Assembly: GCA_039680295.1 (NCBI GenBank)
Contig: JBDKTF010000538.1
Span: 1 to 30,829, forward strand
DNA from: Anaerolineaceae bacterium
GTDB lineage: Bacteria > Chloroflexota > Anaerolineae > Anaerolineales > Anaerolineaceae
Length of the DNA stretch: 30,829 bases
Reading direction: 5' to 3'
This document shows positions 25,277-30,829 of the stretch, in pieces; within the stretch, counting starts at the first letter, position 1, and each line of letters starts with the position of its first letter. A program made the position numbers and the translations under genes. The notes under the pieces were generated by a model that saw nothing but the letters and a program-made list of their open reading frames with translations, was not told the origin of the DNA and made no database searches.

Positions 25277-26447
25277 TCCGATTTCCCGCCAAAATACGTA
25301 CCTTCGCCACCAGATCGGGCAATACGTCAGCAAATCTCTCCACCTCATCCGGGGTGGAATCTTTACCCAGCGTCACCCGCAGCGATCCAAGCGCCAGTTG
25401 CGCGGATAAGCCCAGTGCCAGCAGCACATCTGAAGGCTCAGGCGAACCGGTTTTACATGCCGATCCCGACGAACAGGCAAATCCTGCTCCATCCAGCATC
25501 ATCAACAGCGTATTCCCATCGACACCGTCAAACACAAAACTGGCATGATTGGGTAACCGCTGCTCAGGATGACCGGTAAGAAACGTTCCTGGGATTTCTT
25601 CAAGCACACGCCCGACCAGACGGTCGCGTAAGATGCGCACCTTCTCAGTACGGGTCGACTGCTCCGACTGTGCCAGGCATAACGCTTCTGCCATACCAAC
25701 CAGATAGGGAACGTTTTGCGTCCCTGCCCGCAAACCATTTTCCTGTTTTCCGCCGGTCTGGGTCGGCAGTAAAGTTGTGCCGTGACGGACAAAAAGCGCG
25801 CCAACTCCCTTGGGTCCATAAAACTTATGCGCCCCAATGGACATCAAATTCACAGGCAGTCTTTCCGTATTCAAAGAGAGATATCCAGCCGCCTGAACAG
25901 CGTCTGTATGAAAGGGCACCTGCTTTTCACGGCATACCGCAGCCAGTTCTGCAATCGGGTTGACTGTGCCAATTTCATTATTCGCATAAATCACCGATAC
26001 CACAGCCGTGTCTTCGCGCAATCGACTTGCGAGCTTCTCTGGATCCACCCGCCCAAATGGATCCACGGGCAGCATTTCCACCTCAAAGCCATATGCGTCC
26101 GCAAGCTGACGCGCTGTGACGGATACAGCGTGGTGTTCTACGGGCGAGATGAGAATATGGTTGGCGCCGCGCTTGAGTCGAGCTGACATGGCTGCTCCGC
26201 GCAGTGCCAGATTATCGCTTTCGGTTCCATTGGCAGTAAAAATAATCTCATCCGGTCGGCAGTTTAAGCACTGCGCCAGATTCCGCCTTGCATCATCCAC
26301 CGCTGCTTCCGCGGCTTGCCCATAACGATGAATCGAGGATGGATTACCAAAATCTTCACGGAAATAAGGCATCATCGCCGCCAGTACGCGTTCATCCACC
26401 GGGGTCGTGGCAGCATAATCAAAATAAACAGGTTTTGTGAGATTCAT
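25269..26447 (-). CDS. iscS: Cysteine desulfurase (IscS/NifS group I)
   Basis: YFDYAATTP, NPSS, HTDAVQA, GAHKFYGPKG (PLP Lys), SSGSACK (catalytic Cys). Start moved to ATG 26447. Confidence 0.93.
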   Translation of the reverse strand: MNLTKPVYFDYAATTPVDERVLAAMMPYFREDFGNPSSIHRYGQAAEAAVDDARRNLAQCLNCRPDEIIFTANGTESDNLALRGAAMSARLKRGANHILISPVEHHAVSVTARQLADAYGFEVEMLPVDPFGRVDPEKLASRLREDTAVVSVIYANNEIGTVNPIAELAAVCREKQVPFHTDAVQAAGYLSLNTERLPVNLMSIGAHKFYGPKGVGALFVRHGTTLLPTQTGGKQENGLRAGTQNVPYLVGMAEALCLAQSEQSTRTEKVRILRDRLVGRVLEEIPGTFLTGHPEQRLPNHASFVFDGVDGNTLLMMLDGAGFACSSGSACKTGSPEPSDVLLALGLSAQLALGSLRVTLGKDSTPDEVERFADVLPDLVAKVRILAGNRNG

Positions 26448-26481
26448 AGCGCGTCGTTTCAAATCGGACAAGAGTGGATAG

Positions 26482-26490
26482 AGTATAGCA
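26482..26490 (-). promoter_or_regulatory. Extended -10 element for the iscS-mnmA operon
   Basis: The minus strand reads TGcTATACT, 35 nt upstream of the ATG. Confidence 0.5.
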
Positions 26491-26577
26491 CACGTTCTGA
26501 GGCAGAATGACCTTTCGCCAATATCCAAGGCTTGATATAATAAACGAACATTTATATTCTCACATTCTGGAGGCTTC

Positions 26578-27998
26578 ATGTCTCATTCGATTAAATTTGG
26601 CACAGACGGCTGGCGCGGCGTAATCGCGGAAGATTACACATTTGATAATGTTCGCCGCTGTGCCCAGGGTTTTGCATCTTACATGGCAAAAAAAGGCTAT
26701 ACAGGCGAATGGATCGTTATTGGTCATGACAAACGCTTCGATTCAGAACATTTTGCCGCAGCAGCAGCCGAAGTGCTGGCAGGCAATGGTTTTCACGTTC
26801 ATCTGACTGACGGCGCCACCCCCACCCCCGTAATCGCCTTTTCGGTGGTCAATCGAAAAGCCAAAGGCGCGATCAATATCACGGCTTCGCACAACCCTCC
26901 CACGGATAACGGATTCAAAGTACGTGATGAAAATGGCGGCGCCATTGACCCGCAAGGGCTGAAAGATATTGAAGCCCTGATTCCCGATGAGGTGGAAAAA
27001 GTTCGCCGCATGACGATTGATGAAGCTGTCAAGACGGGAATGGTGGTGTATTTCGATCCCGCTCCTGCATACATCGCCCACATTCAAAAACTGATCGACC
27101 TGCAACCCATCAAAGATGCCGGATTGAATGTGGTCGCCGATTGCATGTGGGGTAACGGCGCTGGTTGGTTCACCCGGTTGTTGGAAGGCGGGAAAACCAC
27201 CGTATATGAAATCCATAATTCCGCAATCCGATCTACCCCGAGATGAAACGCCCCGAACCCATTCCGCCGAACATCAATGTAGGTCTGCAAACTACTGTTG
27301 ACCGCGGCGCAGACGTGCTGCTGATCACAGACGGTGATGCTGACCGCGTTGGCGTGGGTGACGAAAACGGCGTCTTTGTCAATCAACTACAGGTGTATGC
27401 CCTGCTGGCATATTACCTGCTGGAAGTCCGTGGTGATCGCGGACCCATTGTAAAGACCCTGTCCACCACCAGCATGCTGGAACAATTAGGCAAGATGTAC
27501 AACGTGCCGGTTTATGAAACCGGTGTAGGTTTCAAATACATCGCACCCAAGATGCTCGAGACCGATGCCATGATCGGTGGTGAAGAATCTGGCGGTTATG
27601 CTTTCCGCGGCAACGTTCCCGAACGGGATGGAATTCTGGCGGGGTTGTACTTCCTGGATATGATGGTCAGGCTCAAACGCAAACCTTCTGAATTGTTGCA
27701 GCTGCTCTTCGAGAAGGTCGGTCCTCATTATTATGATCGGGTGGACACCCGTTTCTCTGGGGATCGTGCAGCCCGTGAGAAGGCAATCCTTTCTGCCAAA
27801 CCTCAAACCATCGGCGGATTCAAAGTGCTGGGATTGAACAACACAGACGGCTTTAAATTCCTGCTGGATGACGGCGGCTGGTTATTGATCCGCTTCTCAG
27901 GAACCGAACCGATCATGCGCGTCTATTGTGAAACGACAAAAAAGGATCAGGTTCAAGCGATTCTGGACGATGGTTTACGCATCGCAGGGTTGAAGTAA
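26578..27998 (+). pseudogene. Phosphoglucomutase/phosphomannomutase split by a 1-nt frameshift near 27221 (real lesion or consensus error)
   Basis: First ORF has FGTDGWRG and ITASHNP (phospho-Ser); second ORF has DGDADR, GGEESGG and RFSGTEP. Adding one C at AAT-TCC-[C]GC restores [16 protein letters not shown] and a single 473-aa frame. Confidence 0.88.
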
Positions 27999-28808
27999 TT
28001 GTCCAGCCTGACGGATACACATTGCCATCTGGACGTCAAGGAATTTGAAGCGGATTTCGAAGACGTGATCGGACGGGCGCGAAATGTGGGGATCACCCGC
28101 ATTCTCAACCCCGGAACGGATCTCAACTCGAGCGCGGCAGCGATTGAACTGGCAACCCGATGGCAGGAAATCTACGCTGCCGTGGGTGTTCATCCCAATG
28201 ATGGGATGATATGGGATGAAGATACGCTGGCGGAACTGCACGGGCTGGCAGAACAGCCTAAAGTGGTAGCCATTGGCGAAATCGGTCTGGATTTCTATCG
28301 AGACTATTGCCCGGCTGAGATTCAGTACAAAATACTGGACCTCCAGTTGGATCTGGCTGCGAAAATGGCTTTACCGGTGATCATTCACATTCGCCAAGCC
28401 ATGCAGCCAGCACTGGAACGTTTGAAAATCTGGACACAACGCCTTTCTGCGGCGGGTTCGCCCCTGGCAAATCGACCTGGCGTGCTGCATTCCTTTGATG
28501 GTTCGTTGGACCAGGCGCAAATGGCAGTTGAAATGGGTTTCTACCTGGGTATTGGCGGTCCGATAACCTATCGGAATTCCCAGGAACGGCAGGAGATTGT
28601 GCGTGCTTTACCGTTGGAAAATCTGCTCATCGAAACGGATGCGCCTTATCTTTCGCCGCACCCTTTCCGCGGGCAGCGGAATGAACCTGCCCGGGTAGAG
28701 CAAGTGATACAAAAAATTGCAGACCTTAAGAATTGCACGGCGGCTTCGGTGGCGGAAATTACCTCATCCAACGCAGACCGGCTTTTCGTTTGGGGAGATA
28801 GAAATTGA
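27999..28808 (+). CDS. tatD: TatD-family deoxyribonuclease
   Basis: DTHCH, AVGVHP, IGEIGLD, VLHSF, ETDAPYL; TTG start directly after the upstream stop. Confidence 0.93.
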   Translation: MSSLTDTHCHLDVKEFEADFEDVIGRARNVGITRILNPGTDLNSSAAAIELATRWQEIYAAVGVHPNDGMIWDEDTLAELHGLAEQPKVVAIGEIGLDFYRDYCPAEIQYKILDLQLDLAAKMALPVIIHIRQAMQPALERLKIWTQRLSAAGSPLANRPGVLHSFDGSLDQAQMAVEMGFYLGIGGPITYRNSQERQEIVRALPLENLLIETDAPYLSPHPFRGQRNEPARVEQVIQKIADLKNCTAASVAEITSSNADRLFVWGDRN

Positions 28809-29698
28809 CGACATCGACTCTGAATTTACCCGTAGTGGCAGAAATCGCACAGGTAGAAACCTTGATGCGCAAACAGGCGGAAAACCATCATCCCGACCTG
28901 CAATCTGCGCTTAATCTCTTGCTGGATTCGGGCGGAAAACGCATCCGCCCATCCATCACCATCCTCGTCGGCAGATTGCTGGGTGGAGATATTGATCGTC
29001 TGATAACGCTGGCAGCCGCCATTGAAATGCTGCACACCGCAACCCTGGTACACGATGACCTGATTGATGGAGCGCTGCTGCGGCGTGGTACCCCCACGTT
29101 GAATTCGCAGTGGTCTCCAGCCGCCACGGTTCTCACCGGAGACTTTCTTTTTGCCCGCGCAGCCATCCTGGCTGCCGAGACGAATGCGCCAAAAGTGATT
29201 CGGGTATTTGCCAATACACTTGGCATCATCGTGAATGGAGAAATCACGCAGCTTTTTTCCAGCCGGTGCAACCCCAGCCGCGAAGACTACTACCAGCGTA
29301 TTTATGCCAAAACCGCTTCGCTTTTTGAGACTTCCACCACCACTGCCGCGATGATTTCTGCAGCGGATGATATCGCCCGTGAACAGATGCGCCGTTATGG
29401 TTATGAAATTGGCATCGCATTTCAGATCATTGATGACATTTTGGATTTCACGGCAGATCAGAAAACTTTTGGGAAACCCGTGGGCGAGGATTTACGCCAG
29501 GGGCTGATCACATTGCCCGCGTTGTACTATTTTGAGAGAAATCCCAATGATCCTTCGGTTCGCGCTGTTCTGGACGGAAATTGTGAAATCATGAAAGCCC
29601 GGGTCAACGACCTGATCCAATCGATCCGTCAAAGCGATGCCATTCATCGAGCATATGAAGAAGCCACCCAACATGTACAGATTGCGTTGGAACAGTAG
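28805..29698 (+). CDS. Long-chain trans-polyprenyl diphosphate synthase; the ORF ends at an apparently premature TAG (natural end probably 29773)
   Basis: GGKRIRP, LVHDDLID..RRG (FARM, with Ala at -5, indicating long chain), KTA, FQIIDDILD (SARM), GKPVGEDL. The frame continues past the TAG as GNLPDNDDRRALESIAEYIVERKF*. Confidence 0.9.
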   Translation: MTTSTLNLPVVAEIAQVETLMRKQAENHHPDLQSALNLLLDSGGKRIRPSITILVGRLLGGDIDRLITLAAAIEMLHTATLVHDDLIDGALLRRGTPTLNSQWSPAATVLTGDFLFARAAILAAETNAPKVIRVFANTLGIIVNGEITQLFSSRCNPSREDYYQRIYAKTASLFETSTTTAAMISAADDIAREQMRRYGYEIGIAFQIIDDILDFTADQKTFGKPVGEDLRQGLITLPALYYFERNPNDPSVRAVLDGNCEIMKARVNDLIQSIRQSDAIHRAYEEATQHVQIALEQ

Positions 29699-29791
29699 GG
29701 CAATCTTCCTGACAACGATGACCGCCGCGCATTGGAAAGCATTGCCGAGTACATCGTTGAACGTAAATTCTAATCAGGGTTAAGCTGTCAG

Positions 29792-29820
29792 AAGGGATCA
29801 GAATCAATCTGGTCCTTTTT
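29792..29820 (+). terminator. Intrinsic terminator after the polyprenyl synthase gene
   Basis: AAGGGATCAGA / TCTGGTCCTTT stem (with G-U pairs) followed by T-rich sequence, 18 nt after the TAA at 29773. Confidence 0.65.
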
Positions 29821-29923
29821 ATTTAAATAAATACACGCCCTTTCGGCGGTTTCCATTAAGACAGTAATGCGGAATTACTGAACATCGGCTGCCATTTCAG
29901 CAAATAAAACTTTTTAAAGCCTC

Positions 29924-29972
29924 TTGACAAGTTCACTTGGCAGAACTATAATAATGCCAATAAAACTTGTCA
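29924..29972 (+). promoter_or_regulatory. Consensus sigma70 promoter with two overlapping quasi-palindromic operator boxes
   Basis: TTGACA(29924)-17 nt-TATAAT(29947); boxes TGACAAGTTCACTTGGCA (29925-29942) and TGCCAATAAAACTTGTCA (29955-29972). Confidence 0.85.
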
Positions 29973-29985
29973 GAGGTGTTATGCG

Positions 29986-30321
29986 ATGAAAAAAGAAGAG
30001 ATTTTAGAAAAAAGCAGAGAAGAAAACAAAAATCAGGATGTGTTTGAAAAGGAGGTAATGCGTGATGCTGGCAACATTGGTGCAGTTGTTGCCGTGATAT
30101 TAGCTACCATCTTTTTTGTGATACAAATTTTGCTTGGAGAAGGAATGAATTACGGGCTGTATGCCATCGTTTTTTCTGTTACTGCGACTGGTTTCATTTT
30201 TAAATCTATCCGCATGAAACGCAAGCATGAGATCGTGGTCGCGGTAATCTATACGATTGCGGTATTGGGCTTTTCTGCTGCGCATATATGCAATCTGTTT
30301 GCAGCTTCAACGATTCTGTAA
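29986..30321 (+). CDS. Small membrane protein, DUF6442-like
   Basis: MKKEEILEKSREENK N-terminus followed by three hydrophobic helices; GAGGTG RBS. Family recognised from memory, not searched. Confidence 0.75.
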   Translation: MKKEEILEKSREENKNQDVFEKEVMRDAGNIGAVVAVILATIFFVIQILLGEGMNYGLYAIVFSVTATGFIFKSIRMKRKHEIVVAVIYTIAVLGFSAAHICNLFAASTIL

Positions 30322-30330
30322 GGTGAGCGG

Positions 30331-30540
30331 ATGGATGATAAACTGGTTTTAAAAAACCATTTGAAAGAAGTGCGTGGTGAGAAAAATCTATCCCAAACGC
30401 AGCTTGCAGAGTTGGTCGGCGTATCCCGCAACACCATCAGTTCCATTGAAACCGGACAATTCAACCCCACAGCCAAGCTTGCTTTGGTCCTTTGCATCGC
30501 GCTGGATAAGAAATTTGAAGAATTGTTCTATTTTGACTGA
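30331..30540 (+). CDS. XRE/Cro-family helix-turn-helix regulator
   Basis: NHLKEVR...LSQTQLAELVGVSRNTISSIETGQFNPT...EELF. Confidence 0.93.
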   Translation: MDDKLVLKNHLKEVRGEKNLSQTQLAELVGVSRNTISSIETGQFNPTAKLALVLCIALDKKFEELFYFD

Positions 30541-30579
30541 CAAATTTCGATAGGGACTGCCGTGAGGTTTGCACATAAC

Positions 30580-30636
30580 AAAAGACGCCCTTTCGGACGT
30601 CTTTTCATTGGTGTGGATGATAGGGATCAAACCCAT
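30580..30636 (-). repeat. Decayed direct-repeat copy of the tRNA-His 3' half plus terminator
   Basis: Ungapped 57-nt alignment to 30687-30743 (offset 107): 48/57 identical by hand count, including 25 consecutive identical nt over the hairpin. Confidence 0.85.
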
Positions 30637-30681
30637 CATGACACCCCACGGAGGCAACCCCCGCATATAATACTCCGCATG

Positions 30682-30711
30682 TAACAAAAAGACGCCCTTT
30701 CGGACGTCTTT
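30682..30711 (-). terminator. tRNA-His intrinsic terminator
   Basis: The minus strand reads AAAGACGTCC-GAAA-GGGCGTCTTT then TTGTTA, 4 nt after the CCA. Confidence 0.88.
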
Positions 30712-30715
30712 GGGT

Positions 30716-30791
30716 TGGGGTGGGTGATGGGGGTCGAACCCACAACCCTCGCATCCACAGTGCGATGCTCTGCCATTGAGCTACACCCACC
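30716..30791 (-). tRNA. tRNA-His (GTG), including G-1 and an encoded CCA
   Basis: Cloverleaf: acceptor GTGGGTG/CACCCAC, D arm GCTC/GAGC, anticodon arm TCGCA-CTGTGGA-TGCGA, T arm GTGGG-TTCGACC-CCCAT, discriminator C pairing with G-1. Confidence 0.98.
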
Positions 30792-30806
30792 ATTTGAGCG
30801 GCAAAG

Positions 30807-30815
30807 ATTTTATCA
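30807..30815 (-). promoter_or_regulatory. Extended -10 promoter element for tRNA-His
   Basis: The minus strand reads TGaTAAAAT, about 16 nt upstream of the tRNA. Confidence 0.6.
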
Positions 30816-30829
30816 CACACCGCCCGGTT

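Noticed and set aside
29696-29698. Genome-wide TAG recoding or pyrrolysine insertion
   Set aside because: TAG is the evident stop of panD, the ATP-cone kinase, the sensor protein and the GAF-PP2C gene, and readthrough there would run into neighbouring genes. The position expects Leu, and no pyl genes are in the window.
7733-29807. Longer shadow ORFs such as 7733..8359, 13400..14215, 13546..14430, 20318..20848, 21844..22275 and 25031..25579
   Set aside because: Each lies wholly within a well-supported gene, on the opposite strand or in another frame; these are expected by-products of codon bias at this GC content.
30576-30711. CRISPR mini-array
   Set aside because: Only two good copies with a ~78-nt gap. 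The repeat is the tRNA terminator, the similarity extends into tRNA sequence, and no cas genes are present.
30605-30820. 71-aa ORF on the minus strand (and 30388..30687, 30249..30497)
   Set aside because: These read through tRNA-His and its terminators or are antisense to the XRE gene; there is no RBS or protein-like signal.
1-30829. Transposase, integrase, phage, toxin-antitoxin or anti-phage defence genes
   Set aside because: No ORF with the corresponding catalytic motifs was recognised; the only mobility evidence is the scar and islet at tRNA-His.

Overview
This is a bacterial chromosomal window of about 30 mostly housekeeping genes. My inference from the protein families and the Pro/Thr-linker surface proteins is that it comes from an Anaerolineae-like member of Chloroflexota. 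In order it contains: a complex I 'Q-module' operon (nuoB-nuoCD-nuoI, truncated at the left edge) with a divergent HTH regulator; panD; an ATP-cone/uridine-kinase-like fusion; DUF4342, sensor-domain, GNAT and PadR genes; panB-panE-panC; a partner-switching module (STAS anti-anti-sigma, RsbW-like kinase, six-GAF PP2C phosphatase); a ParB/Srx-like plus tandem USP fusion; a VWA surface protein; an M1 peptidase lipoprotein; rplY; a Nudix CoA pyrophosphatase; trmI; a cold-shock protein; cysteine desulfurase-mnmA; a frameshifted phosphoglucomutase; tatD; a polyprenyl synthase with an in-frame TAG; a low-GC DUF6442/XRE islet; and tRNA-His. The strongest non-routine signal is the ~165-nt rplY leader. 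It contains a hairpin that resembles the 5S rRNA loop E bound by bL25, plus a perfect 7-bp loop-loop complementarity, so it is a candidate autoregulatory RNA switch. The other highlights are a decayed duplicate of the tRNA-His 3' half plus terminator next to the islet, a paired operator flanking the islet promoter, and the six-GAF/ParB-USP/VWA signalling neighbourhood. No CRISPR array, transposase, integrase or rRNA gene was seen. Family assignments come from motif recognition by eye; no database searches were run.
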